DNA of 64,000 bases from an uncultured virus (IMG/VR IMGVR_UViG_3300030330_004305) (IMGVR_UViG_3300030330_004305); one strand, 5' to 3'. Positions 36,436-46,489 are shown, counted from the first letter of the stretch. Numbers and translations: made by a program. The notes: generated by a model not told the origin, from the sequence alone.

Positions 36436-36869
36436 AAAAATTAATTAAAAAAGTCATCAATGCTTTAAAAAGAGAAAAAATTGATTTGGATTCTATAGAA
36501 AAGGTTGATTTTGAATCTTTAGAAGAAAGCATCAAACCGCCTTCGTCTGGCAGAATAGTAATAGACTATGATTCACAAACTGGAGATTTTCAGGTTGAGT
36601 CTCAAATAGATGATCTATCTAATGATTCAGTTGAAATATTAGCACTATTGATATTTCATATAACAAAAGGAGATTTGGAGTCATTTATATTTGAATCTCT
36701 AAGGATTTGGGCAGACGATGAAGATGAGAAAATAGAGTTTAATGTTAAAGTAGCGTTGCAGACTCAAAAATTAGATAGCATGATAATTGACGAAACAAAA
36801 GTAAAAGAAAAAAATAAAGTTGCCGTAAGTGCTTCGCAAGTTTTTAATTTTAGAGAGAATTTAAAATGA
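36432..36869 (+). CDS. hypothetical acidic protein
   Basis: GAGGAG RBS before TTG 36432. Confidence 0.55.
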   Translation: MKKLIKKVINALKREKIDLDSIEKVDFESLEESIKPPSSGRIVIDYDSQTGDFQVESQIDDLSNDSVEILALLIFHITKGDLESFIFESLRIWADDEDEKIEFNVKVALQTQKLDSMIIDETKVKEKNKVAVSASQVFNFRENLK

Positions 36870-37756
36870 GATCATATTTAGATATAGTGGAAAATGTTTT
36901 ATCTGTAGGACGACAAAAAGAAAATAGAACAGGTATAAAGTCATACACTACATTTTGTGAAATTTTTAGACATAATATGTCTGATGGATTTCCACTTTTG
37001 ACAACAAAAAAAATGCCTTATAGAACAATAGCCATTGAATTGGAGGGTTTTATTAAAGGAATCACAGATAAGGGATGGTTTCAAGAAAGGGGGTGTAAAA
37101 TTTGGAACGAGTGGGCAAATCCCAAAGCTGTTGAATTTTCCCACGGTGGTGTTATTGAGATGCTATCTAACGAAGAATTTAGAAAAAAGGCACAGTTATA
37201 TGAAAATGATCTAGGTCCAATTTATGGGTATCAATGGAGAGCTTGGAATCAAGATTATGGGGATATGGTGGGTGAAAGACAGGGTATAGACCAATTAAGA
37301 AATGTTATTGAAACATTAAAAAATAATCCAGATGACAGAAGAATGGTCGTATCTGCATGGAATCCTAGCCAAATGCACCTTATGGCACTTCCTCCATGTC
37401 ATTATGCTTTTACATTGGTTCATATTGATGGTGTATTAAATTTATGTTGGAAGCAAAGATCGGCAGACTTAATGCTTGGAGTTCCTTTCAATATAGCAAG
37501 CTATGGGCTACTTTTAGAGCTTATATGTAAAGAAGTAGGCATGATCGCTGGTGAATTGGTAGGAATATTGGAAGACTGCCACATATATGAAAACCATATG
37601 GAGGGTGCAAAAAAACAATTAGAAAGAAAACCAGAAAAATTACCCTCTTTATTGCTGTCTGAGCCATATAATATTTATGAATGGACATATGAGGATTTTG
37701 ATATTGTAGATTACAATTCAGATAAAAGGATAGACTTTGGACAGGTGGCAGTATGA
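36866..37756 (+). CDS. thyA: thymidylate synthase
   Basis: NRTG, FPLLTTKK, LGPIYGYQWR, MALPPCH, QRSADLMLGVPFNIASY, DCHIYENH. Confidence 0.97.
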   Translation: MRSYLDIVENVLSVGRQKENRTGIKSYTTFCEIFRHNMSDGFPLLTTKKMPYRTIAIELEGFIKGITDKGWFQERGCKIWNEWANPKAVEFSHGGVIEMLSNEEFRKKAQLYENDLGPIYGYQWRAWNQDYGDMVGERQGIDQLRNVIETLKNNPDDRRMVVSAWNPSQMHLMALPPCHYAFTLVHIDGVLNLCWKQRSADLMLGVPFNIASYGLLLELICKEVGMIAGELVGILEDCHIYENHMEGAKKQLERKPEKLPSLLLSEPYNIYEWTYEDFDIVDYNSDKRIDFGQVAV

Positions 37757-38262
37757 AACACAACTTTTTCCCACTGAAAGGTGTCGATATGAGCAATTTA
37801 AGCGACCTTCCTATCCCCAGCGGTAATGATATATATTGGGAACCTTGGATAGATGCATATGATAATGAAGAGGTTTCTAATGCAAAAGCGATGTTTGAAG
37901 AAGAAATTAAAAATATAGATGAAATTAATAGTGAAGAAGAATTGCTTGAAGATCAAGAGCTATATGATGAATTCGCTATGTTCCAAAAGCCCGTTAAGAC
38001 TATCATAACACCCTATGGTGTTTTACCTCTGACAGAAACTTCTTTAGCAAGCTCTCATTTTAAATTTTGGGTAGGTCATTCAAACTTTAAACTAATGGAG
38101 AGCTTTTATAGTATAATAGAAGACTGTGCTGGCGTAGAATCATTAGATATCTTAACGCCATATAGGTTTAGGATAGCAGTTGGAAAAATGTTTCTAGATC
38201 GCGATGTTATGCATCAAGTAAGAAATACTCTCTTGGGAGTAATAGATGAGTCTAAAAAATAG
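37753..38262 (+). CDS. hypothetical protein
   Basis: FWVGHSNF; GVESLDILTPYRFRIAVGKMF. Confidence 0.65.
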   Translation: MKHNFFPLKGVDMSNLSDLPIPSGNDIYWEPWIDAYDNEEVSNAKAMFEEEIKNIDEINSEEELLEDQELYDEFAMFQKPVKTIITPYGVLPLTETSLASSHFKFWVGHSNFKLMESFYSIIEDCAGVESLDILTPYRFRIAVGKMFLDRDVMHQVRNTLLGVIDESKK

Positions 38263-38929
38263 AGATAGAGTTTCTAAAGGATATATTGTAGATGAAATGC
38301 ATAGATACAATATATTACTGGAATCTAGAGAAATATTTCTTCATGGATATATAGATTCTAATGAAGAAGATCCCGGTGTTGAATACAGAATGTCAAATAA
38401 CTTTTTGAAAAACATTAAGTTACTTGAACATATGGATTCATCAAAACCTATAACCGTTCATCAACACTCTATTGGAGGTGAATGGAGTGAAGGAATGATG
38501 ATGTATGATGCCATAAAGCTATGCAAAGCTCCTGTAGTATTTATATGTCATGGTATTGCAGCATCTATGGGGTCGATAATACCCCAATCAGCAGATTTAA
38601 GGATCACAATGCCAAATTGTTGGTGGTTGATACACGATGGAACTACTGCTGTATCTGGTCACACAATAAGACAAGCTAAATCTTGGCATGAATGGGAGGG
38701 TAAATTAGAATCTCAAATGATGGAAATCTATAGTACAGTTTGCATGGAATCAGATTTTTTTGAAGATAAAAGTATCATTCAAGTAAAAAATTATATAAAA
38801 AAACAGTTGGATAAAAAAGAAGATTGGTGGCTGTCTGGAGAAGAAGCTGTAGAGCGTGGATTTGCAGACGCTATATTTGGTTCTGAAGACTATGAAGATT
38901 TAGAAAAGATAAAATCACATGTATATTGA
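38246..38929 (+). CDS. clpP: ClpP-like serine protease
   Basis: SREIFL, SIGG, MYDAI, GIAASMGS (catalytic Ser), MPN..LIH, DWWLSGEEAVERGFAD. Confidence 0.85.
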   Translation: MSLKNRDRVSKGYIVDEMHRYNILLESREIFLHGYIDSNEEDPGVEYRMSNNFLKNIKLLEHMDSSKPITVHQHSIGGEWSEGMMMYDAIKLCKAPVVFICHGIAASMGSIIPQSADLRITMPNCWWLIHDGTTAVSGHTIRQAKSWHEWEGKLESQMMEIYSTVCMESDFFEDKSIIQVKNYIKKQLDKKEDWWLSGEEAVERGFADAIFGSEDYEDLEKIKSHVY

Positions 38930-39542
38930 ATACTGTAACTATAATAAATATATAGATGATTATACTAAAGAAATAAAAAACGTCTTCCAAGCAATTGCAA
39001 ATGGTATAGATGGCATTTCCTTACCGATACACATGATAAGAGAAATGCGAGAGTATCTTCCTTCTAACTTGGTAATATCTGCACCGGTAGACTATCCTTG
39101 TGGTTTATCTTCTTCAAAAGTTAGATACCACATGGCTTTAAATAGCATAAAATCTGGTGCTAACACACTTGATTATGTACCAAACCATTATTTCTTAAAG
39201 CATAAGTTTTCAGAACTAAAGAAGGAAATAAAAACATTGCTTGCTATTTGTGATGATTATAAAGCAACTCTTAGAGTATTTTTAGATTACAGAAGATCTA
39301 CTACAAATGTATTAACAATAGCAGAAATCATAAATTCTACAGGCGTGGATTTAGTGTTTCCAACAATCGGATATCACCATGATGACTATTTTGATAATAT
39401 TATAAATGCAAAGATGATAGAGAGACATACCAATTGTTCCGTAATTTTTAATGGATACATGTGGAAGAAAGATCAGTTTGACTTTGCCAAGGAATGTGAC
39501 ATATTTGGCCTTAGATTGTACAATTTAGAGCTTTTGGTGTAA
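38919..39542 (+). CDS. degenerate DeoC-like (deoxyribose-phosphate aldolase fold) protein
   Basis: APVDYPCGLSSSKVR and GANTLDYV match DeoC; catalytic KTSTG replaced by FPTIG. Confidence 0.65.
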   Translation: MYIEYCNYNKYIDDYTKEIKNVFQAIANGIDGISLPIHMIREMREYLPSNLVISAPVDYPCGLSSSKVRYHMALNSIKSGANTLDYVPNHYFLKHKFSELKKEIKTLLAICDDYKATLRVFLDYRRSTTNVLTIAEIINSTGVDLVFPTIGYHHDDYFDNIINAKMIERHTNCSVIFNGYMWKKDQFDFAKECDIFGLRLYNLELLV

Positions 39543-39624
39543 TATCCTATATAAATAGGACAGGATTTTAAATGTTGGATTTGTAAGGATTTTTCCAAGC
39601 TTATGTATATTTTGGAGAATTAAA

Positions 39625-40230
39625 ATGACTGCTTGGAGTATTGGCGGCAATAAAAATGCCGTAACTATTAATGGCGTTCCTAGTGGAATGGCAAATGATG
39701 TTGGAACAGTTCGTGCAGGTGGAACAGTTGCTGGATCTAGATTTATCGCAGACGCTGTAAACTTGGGTAATGGCAATATTACTTACATTACTGTACCATC
39801 TGGAGTAAGTGGAATAGCTTCACCATTGGCTGCTGGTGCATTTAACGCTGGAGATCAAGTGATTGTTAGAGTCACAAATGATCTGGCTGGCGTATCTAAC
39901 ACCTATTTGATTGGCGGTGCTTCTAATTCTGCTGGCCCCGGAGGTCAATCTATCAAACAGAAAGCAACAGTCTCTACTTTCTATTACAAGACCGCAGTTC
40001 GCACGAATGGCTGGAACGCATACTCAGGTGTGTTTGATCCTGCTGTTACGGTAGCCAGTAGTGGTGCTTGGGATATTGGAAAAACTGGTGACGTTGCAAG
40101 CACGATGGTTGCAAGCGGAACTGATAATGCAGCTAACCCAACACAAACCATTCCGGGTGAACTGGTTTATCGTGATGGAAGTCCAAACCCAGTACAAGAC
40201 GAATACAAGCCTAAGACAAATTGGGGCTAA
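39625..40230 (+). CDS. probable virion structural protein
   Basis: G/A/S/T-rich; DNAANPTQTIPGELVYRDG; own RBS and terminator. Confidence 0.6.
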   Translation: MTAWSIGGNKNAVTINGVPSGMANDVGTVRAGGTVAGSRFIADAVNLGNGNITYITVPSGVSGIASPLAAGAFNAGDQVIVRVTNDLAGVSNTYLIGGASNSAGPGGQSIKQKATVSTFYYKTAVRTNGWNAYSGVFDPAVTVASSGAWDIGKTGDVASTMVASGTDNAANPTQTIPGELVYRDGSPNPVQDEYKPKTNWG

Positions 40231-40238
40231 AACATTGG

Positions 40239-40272
40239 TGTGGTCGTTTTTAATGCGGCCACATTTTATTTT
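40239..40272 (+). terminator. intrinsic terminator
   Basis: TGTGGTCGT...GCGGCCACA then TTTTATTTT. Confidence 0.7.
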
Positions 40273-40287
40273 CCTTTATAGGGGGCG

Positions 40288-40614
40288 GTGTTTATGTTCT
40301 CAAGCGATTTACTAGAAACAATCAAAGTATTACTTGAAATAACTGCAATAATATTTGTACCAATTGTTGCCTACACACTAAGAAGTGTAGTTCTTCATGG
40401 TAGAAAACTAGAAGTATTGGAAGAAAAAGTGAATTCTGAGATACATCGCAGACTTGAAGTTATGGAAAGGAAAATAGATACTTTTGATAACAAGATCGAA
40501 TTAAAGATTGATAGGCTAGAAAACAATCTTAATGCTAAGATCGACATCATGACGGGCGTATTGACATCTTTTACTAATACATTTGTATCAGAACAAAACA
40601 AAAAACCCGAATAG
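40288..40614 (+). CDS. TM plus coiled-coil protein
   Basis: N-terminal TM; KID/KIE heptads. Confidence 0.6.
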   Translation: MFMFSSDLLETIKVLLEITAIIFVPIVAYTLRSVVLHGRKLEVLEEKVNSEIHRRLEVMERKIDTFDNKIELKIDRLENNLNAKIDIMTGVLTSFTNTFVSEQNKKPE

Positions 40615-40692
40615 TTTAGACTAAAACGATTAAGGCAGAGTATAATTTCTTAACGGAAACTATGCTCTGTCTTTTTTTTTGGAGATATTGAA

Positions 40693-40926
40693 TTGAAAGA
40701 AATGAATTTTGGACACAAACCAGACTTGCAATCTTATACAACGTCTGTAGATCCAGATGTGGTTAGCTTGTATGCACAAGAGGGTTGTAAAGATTGTTAT
40801 GGCAGGGGATATGTTATAACACAAATTGGAACTGGTCGTAGTATAACAATCAGAAACGATAGACCAATCCAAACATTTATGAACAGATGCCATTGTACAT
40901 TTAAAGCAATGAAAAAATATGGCTGA
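40693..40926 (+). CDS. small Zn-binding protein
   Basis: CKDCYGRG...CHC; GGAG RBS. Confidence 0.6.
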   Translation: MKEMNFGHKPDLQSYTTSVDPDVVSLYAQEGCKDCYGRGYVITQIGTGRSITIRNDRPIQTFMNRCHCTFKAMKKYG

Positions 40927-41398
40927 AATAAAAACATCATCAATAGACTGGGATGGTAGATTTTTAAATCTTGCACAGTTGGTGTCGTCTTGGAGTAAAG
41001 ACCCCAGTACAAAAGTTGGTAGTGTTATAGTGGATGAATCGAGAAGGGTAATCTCTGTTGGATACAATGGATTTCCCAAAGGAGTAAGAGATTCTCAACA
41101 CAGACTAGATGATAGAGAATTAAAATATAATTTTATGGTACATGCTGAAAGAAATGCCATTATCTTTTCTAGAGGTTCACTAGAAAATAGTACAATATAT
41201 ACTTACCCTTTCATGCCGTGTAGTCATTGTGCTGGTATGATAATACAATCTGGAATAAAGCGAGTGGTAACTTTTTATGATAGGAATCCAAGATGGGCTA
41301 AATCATTTGATATTTCTAAAAAAATGTTTTTAGAAGCAGCAGTAGATTTAACAGAATATAATAAAAATTTTTTTTTAAAAGTTGATAATAACTTTTAG
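40919..41398 (+). CDS. dCMP deaminase
   Basis: SKDPSTKVG, GYNGFP, HAERNAI, PCSHC. Confidence 0.93.
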   Translation: MAEIKTSSIDWDGRFLNLAQLVSSWSKDPSTKVGSVIVDESRRVISVGYNGFPKGVRDSQHRLDDRELKYNFMVHAERNAIIFSRGSLENSTIYTYPFMPCSHCAGMIIQSGIKRVVTFYDRNPRWAKSFDISKKMFLEAAVDLTEYNKNFFLKVDNNF

Positions 41399-41425
41399 GC
41401 GTGTTTATAAGGTGTATACTAATAT

Positions 41426-41662
41426 AGCTGGACCATAAAGAGCGTTGAAAATCTTTTTAGATTTGAAATCACCGTTAAAGTGACACGTCCTCCAGCTTTA
41501 TTTAAAATCATTGCGGAGACCCACCGATTACAAATGGGTTGACTTAACTTTAAATTTTTTTACAACAAATACAATTTAATTTGGGTCTTTAAAATGATTA
41601 TCACATAGTGTCACTTATGAAAATTACAACCCGTCTTGTTGTTACAGCAAGATGGGTTTTTT
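41426..41662 (+). promoter_or_regulatory. structured leader/ncRNA with terminator upstream of nrdA
   Basis: AGCTGGA/TCCAGCT-closed multiloop, AGACCCA/TGGGTCT helix, 14-bp hairpin AACCCGTCTTGTTG/CAGCAAGATGGGTT plus T run. Confidence 0.55.
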
Positions 41663-41697
41663 AATTAATAATGTATTAGAGATAAATAGGGATAATA

Positions 41698-43926
41698 ATG
41701 CAAGTCACTAAAAGAGATGGCAAGAAGGAAAGTTTTTCTGTAGAGAAAATTCATAAAGTGGTTGAGTGGGCAACTAAAGGTATAAATGGCGTTAGTTTTT
41801 CTGATATAGAAATGAACGCAAATCTTTCCCTATATGATGGTATTTCAACAACAGAAATACATAAAATTTTAATAAAGTCGGCAAATGATTTAATATCAAC
41901 TAGCTCTCCTAATTATCAATACGTTGCTGCTAGACTTTTGAATATGGAGCTAAGAAAAGAAGTATGGGGCTATGGCGATCAACCTACTGATTTTTTGCTT
42001 TTCTTGCAAAGAAATACAGATAACGGACTGTACGATCCATTGATTTTAGAAAAATGGACTTCAAAAAAAATTGATCTACTAGGCAACTATATCAATCATT
42101 CCAGAGACGATTTATTTACATATGCTGGGTTGCAGCAAATGATTGACAAGTATCTTGTAAAAAATAGAAGCACTGGTCAAATTTATGAAACTCCGCAGTT
42201 TGCATATATGTGTATTGCTATGTGCCTATTTGACACTATAGACGAGGTAAAAAAAGCTTATGATTGCTACTCTACGTTTAAAATTAATCTTCCCACTCCT
42301 ATTATGGCTGGGGTTCGTACTAACATCCGTCAATTCGCAAGTTGTGTTTTGGTTGATGTTGACGATAACCTTGATGGTATATTTTCAAGTATTCATGCAG
42401 TTGGAAAGTATACGGCAAGAAGAGCAGGAATCGGACTCAACATCGGACGAATGAGACCAATAAACTCTCCGATTCGTGGGGGAGAAGTAATACATACCGG
42501 GGTAGTGCCATATTTGAAAAATTTTGAGTCTGCCGTAAAGTCAACATCTCAAAATGGACTTCGTGGTGGATCTGCAACTGTTCATGTTCCGTTTTGGCAC
42601 TATGAGATTGAAGACATAATGGTACTGAAAAATAATGCAGGAACGGATGACAACAGAGTAAGAAAATTAGATTATTCAATTCAATTTTGTAAGATTTTTT
42701 ATGACAGACTAATATCAAATGAAGATATAACATTATTCAGTCCACATGAAGCCAAAGGTTTATACGAAGCTTTCGGAGATAACGAAAAATTTGAAGAACT
42801 ATATATTAAATATGAAAATGCTAGGTCTTTGAAATTTAAAAAGAAAATACCAGCAAGAAAATTAGCTGAAATTTTTGCTAGAGAAAGACTGGAAACTGGA
42901 AGAATATATAGTATGAATATTGATTCTGCAAATGATAATGGTTCATGGGATGTTCCAGTGTATATGTCAAATCTATGCCAAGAAATCATTCATCCAACAA
43001 AGCCTATACAATCAATAAACGATGAAGAAGGTGAGATCGGAATTTGTATTCTTTCAGCTTTAAATCTTCTAGAACTTAGTAATGAAAAAGACATAGAAGA
43101 TGCTTGTAGAATGGCAGTAAGAACTCTAGAGTCTATAATTGATTATCAAGATTATCCAGTGATTGCTGGTGAAAATTTTACAAAAAATCGTCGCTCTCTT
43201 GGAATTGGTATTACTAACCTAGCTGGATTTTTAGCAAAGAATAAACTGACTTATGATAATCCAGCAGCATTAGAGTTAATTCATGAAACTATGGAACAGA
43301 TCCAATGGAATTTAATTAATGCTAGTTGTGAGCTTGCAGAGGAAAAAGGAGCCTGTCCTAAATTTGAAGAAACAAAATACTCAAAAGGTTTGTTGCCAAT
43401 CGACTGGTACAAAAAAACAGTAGATGAATTAATTAAACCTCAATATAATATGGACTGGGAGGTGCTACGTGAAAAGGTTAAGAAACATGGACTACGACAT
43501 TCTACTCTGTCTGCTATTATGCCTTGTGAATCTAGCAGTGTTATACAAAATAGCACAAACGGTATTGAACCAGTTCGTAGTCTTCTAATTCACAAAAAAG
43601 CAAAGAATGGAGTTTTGAAACAATTAGTACCGAATTACCACATGCGTAAAAATTATTACACTATGGCTTGGGATATGCCAGATAATAAAGGCATGATGAA
43701 CGTTGCTGCTGTTATACAAAAATTTGTAGACATGAGTATGAGCACTAACTTATACTACAACTACTCACACTATGACGATGGTAATATTCCGTTAAGTATG
43801 TTAATTAAAGACCAGATATATGGTTATAAATATGGATTGAAAAACTTTTATTATGCCAATACGCCGGATGGCGATGGTGAGACTGAAAAAGAAATGAATT
43901 GCGAATCTGGAGCGTGTGCAATATGA
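41698..43926 (+). CDS. nrdA: class Ia ribonucleotide reductase alpha subunit with ATP cone
   Basis: MQVTKRDG, PTPIMAG, FASC, SNLCQEI, CILSA, MPCESSS, C-terminal CESGACAI. Confidence 0.97.
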   Translation: MQVTKRDGKKESFSVEKIHKVVEWATKGINGVSFSDIEMNANLSLYDGISTTEIHKILIKSANDLISTSSPNYQYVAARLLNMELRKEVWGYGDQPTDFLLFLQRNTDNGLYDPLILEKWTSKKIDLLGNYINHSRDDLFTYAGLQQMIDKYLVKNRSTGQIYETPQFAYMCIAMCLFDTIDEVKKAYDCYSTFKINLPTPIMAGVRTNIRQFASCVLVDVDDNLDGIFSSIHAVGKYTARRAGIGLNIGRMRPINSPIRGGEVIHTGVVPYLKNFESAVKSTSQNGLRGGSATVHVPFWHYEIEDIMVLKNNAGTDDNRVRKLDYSIQFCKIFYDRLISNEDITLFSPHEAKGLYEAFGDNEKFEELYIKYENARSLKFKKKIPARKLAEIFARERLETGRIYSMNIDSANDNGSWDVPVYMSNLCQEIIHPTKPIQSINDEEGEIGICILSALNLLELSNEKDIEDACRMAVRTLESIIDYQDYPVIAGENFTKNRRSLGIGITNLAGFLAKNKLTYDNPAALELIHETMEQIQWNLINASCELAEEKGACPKFEETKYSKGLLPIDWYKKTVDELIKPQYNMDWEVLREKVKKHGLRHSTLSAIMPCESSSVIQNSTNGIEPVRSLLIHKKAKNGVLKQLVPNYHMRKNYYTMAWDMPDNKGMMNVAAVIQKFVDMSMSTNLYYNYSHYDDGNIPLSMLIKDQIYGYKYGLKNFYYANTPDGDGETEKEMNCESGACAI

Positions 43927-44993
43927 AAACTATTTTTAATACAAAAAACATAGACCCTATGAATCAGCCATTGTTTCTAGGCAAAGACTTAGGTGTTCAA
44001 AGATATGATGTAGTAAAATATCCGGTCTTCAAAAGCCTTGATAGCAAGCAGATGATGAACTTCTGGAGACCAGAGGAAATCGAACTAAAAAAAGATCGTG
44101 CAGATTTTCAGACATTGACCGATAATGAAAAGTTTATCTTTACTAGTAATCTAAAATATCAAACAATGCTAGACAGTGTTATCTGTAGAGGTGTTCCGAC
44201 TCTTCTTGAATTTGTTACAAACACAGAGCTTGAAGCGTGCATGATGACTTGGCAGTTTTTTGAAAAGATTCATTCGCAAAGCTATAGTTATGTTATTCAA
44301 AATGTATTCGCAGATAGCTCAGAAGTTTTTGGCGGGATCTATGAAGATAAAGAAATTATGAAACGTGCAAATAGTGCTATTGCAGACTACAATAATCTGA
44401 TGGGAATGGCTTGCTCCACCACTAAATTATCTGAGCTAAAAAAACAAATTTATATGACGATTGTAAGTATTAATATTCTAGAGGCCATACGATTTTATGT
44501 AAGCTTTGTTTGTAGTTTTGCTTTTGCAGAAAATAAAAAGATGGTAGGCAACGCCGACATAATAAAATTAATTAAACGTGACGAAGCACTACACCTTGCT
44601 AGTACTCAAAATATTCTTAAAATTCTACACACAGAAGAATCAGAGGGTTTTGTAAACACCGCAAAGCAATGTCAAAACGCATCAATAAAAATGTTTGAAC
44701 ATGCCGCAGCAGAAGAAAAAGAATGGGCTTCATACTTGTTTAAAGACGGATCAATCATTGGTCTAAACGAGGCTGTACTTCACCAGTACATTGACTGGCT
44801 ATGCATGAGCAGAAGGAAAGCGATTGGGCTACCATACGATAATGCTGGTAAAAATCCTATCGCTGGTTGGACTCAAGCTTGGATGCAAAGCGAGAGTGTA
44901 CAGGTAGCACCTCAAGAACATGAAATAACTAGCTACAAAATCGGTGCTAGTAAGAACGATTTAGAAGATATGGATTTAGGAGACTTACTTTGA
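43923..44993 (+). CDS. nrdB: ribonucleotide reductase beta subunit
   Basis: FWRPEE, QTMLDS, EKIHSQSY, EAIRFYVSF, RDEALH, VAPQE. Confidence 0.97.
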   Translation: MKTIFNTKNIDPMNQPLFLGKDLGVQRYDVVKYPVFKSLDSKQMMNFWRPEEIELKKDRADFQTLTDNEKFIFTSNLKYQTMLDSVICRGVPTLLEFVTNTELEACMMTWQFFEKIHSQSYSYVIQNVFADSSEVFGGIYEDKEIMKRANSAIADYNNLMGMACSTTKLSELKKQIYMTIVSINILEAIRFYVSFVCSFAFAENKKMVGNADIIKLIKRDEALHLASTQNILKILHTEESEGFVNTAKQCQNASIKMFEHAAAEEKEWASYLFKDGSIIGLNEAVLHQYIDWLCMSRRKAIGLPYDNAGKNPIAGWTQAWMQSESVQVAPQEHEITSYKIGASKNDLEDMDLGDLL

Positions 44994-45427
44994 GAATAGG
45001 AATTATATCAGGATATTTTAATCCGGTACACACAGGGCACTTGGATTATATAGAGGGTGCAAAAAGAGAATGTGATTTTTTGTACGTTATTGTAAATAAT
45101 GACGATCAGGTTAATTACAAAGGTTCTACAAAATTTATGGATGAAGAGTCTAGGGTAAGAATAGTTTCTGCATTCGGGTGTGTTGATAGGGCTATTATTT
45201 CTATAGACGATAATCCCACTGTAGTTAAAACTATATCACAAATTTACAAAATGCATCGAGATGATCCATTTATAGAAAGTTTTTCATTCATGAATGGTGG
45301 AGATAGAAAACAAGGAAACACGCCAGAATCTGATTTTTGCAAAAAAAATAATATAGATTTAATTTATAATGTTGGTGGTAATAAAACCGAGTCTTCTAGT
45401 ACATTGCTTAAAAATGTTAGAGGATAA
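44990..45427 (+). CDS. cytidylyltransferase-like (HxGH) nucleotidyltransferase
   Basis: SGYFNPVHTGH, NGGDR, KTESSS. Confidence 0.88.
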   Translation: MRIGIISGYFNPVHTGHLDYIEGAKRECDFLYVIVNNDDQVNYKGSTKFMDEESRVRIVSAFGCVDRAIISIDDNPTVVKTISQIYKMHRDDPFIESFSFMNGGDRKQGNTPESDFCKKNNIDLIYNVGGNKTESSSTLLKNVRG

Positions 45428-45431
45428 CCTT

Positions 45432-46109
45432 ATGAAATTTAGCTTTATCATATGTACAAACCTCTCGATATCTGCTAAAATGAGATTACAAGAAATTATT
45501 AAATCAATCCAAGATCAAAAAATACCCGATGACCATTATGAAATTATAATAATTGGAGGCAAAGGCACATTTAATACAAATTGTTTAAATGCCTACCATA
45601 TAGAATTTGATGAAGACATTCGTAAGGGCTGGATTACTAAGAAAAAAAATATAGCAGCTAAATCTGCACAGTATGAAAATCTTGTAATAATGCATGATTA
45701 TTTTGTGCTTGATGATGATTGGTATAGACAGTTTACGCTGTTTGGTAATGATTGGGACATTGCAATGAATGCAAGGATAATGATGGATGGAAGAAGACAA
45801 TGTACAGATTGGGCTATATACAAGCACCCCAAGTATTATAATGTGATAGGGATACCATATTGGGCAAAATCTAAGTATCAATATGTTGATGCATCATACT
45901 TCGTTGTAAAACGCAAATGGTTTTTAAACGATAGAATGTATGACGAAAATTTGGTTTGGGGTGACGCTGAAGACATCGAATGGTCTAAAAGAGTATTAAA
46001 TGATAGTGTTTCATTAGTAATGAACGAGAAGAGTATTGTTCGTCATAATAAAATCCATGACAACTGTGGTCGCTTATCTTATAAAATGGATGAGTGGTAT
46101 GGAGATTGA
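45432..46109 (+). CDS. GT2-like glycosyltransferase
   Basis: FSFII, YEIIIIG, WITKKKN, IMHDY, WGDAEDIEWS. Confidence 0.8.
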   Translation: MKFSFIICTNLSISAKMRLQEIIKSIQDQKIPDDHYEIIIIGGKGTFNTNCLNAYHIEFDEDIRKGWITKKKNIAAKSAQYENLVIMHDYFVLDDDWYRQFTLFGNDWDIAMNARIMMDGRRQCTDWAIYKHPKYYNVIGIPYWAKSKYQYVDASYFVVKRKWFLNDRMYDENLVWGDAEDIEWSKRVLNDSVSLVMNEKSIVRHNKIHDNCGRLSYKMDEWYGD

Positions 46110-46129
46110 AATTTATATTGGTGTGACCA

Positions 46130-46489
46130 ATGCAGAGAATTAAAACCTATATTATAGATTTAGACGGAACTGTTATAAAGCATCAACCGCCAGCGGAAAG
46201 ACATTTGCCTATGGAGGCTTTAAACAATAGTGTGGATTCCCTGCATACCATAGTAAAAGAGGGGCATAAAATTATTCTAATGACTGCAAGACCGCTATGT
46301 TGTTATGCTGATACTGTTGCCGGTCTGCATAGTCTTGGAATAGATGAAGTTTTTGATCAGATTATTTTTGGTGTTGGCAGCGGAGAGAGAGTTGTGGTGA
46401 ATGATTTAAAGCCAGAGTCTGACACCCCAACCGCAAAATGTGTAAACCTGAAAAGAAACAAGGGATTTAACGTTGGAGACTTAAAGTGA
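46130..46489 (+). CDS. HAD-family phosphatase (capsule-cluster type)
   Basis: IIDLDGT, LMTAR, VVNDLKP. Confidence 0.8.
   Translation: MQRIKTYIIDLDGTVIKHQPPAERHLPMEALNNSVDSLHTIVKEGHKIILMTARPLCCYADTVAGLHSLGIDEVFDQIIFGVGSGERVVVNDLKPESDTPTAKCVNLKRNKGFNVGDLK

Noticed and set aside
41698..44993. Introns or inteins in nrdA, nrdB (also thyA, dnaB, recA)
   Set aside because: All are continuous, normal-length ORFs without intein or homing-endonuclease insertions.
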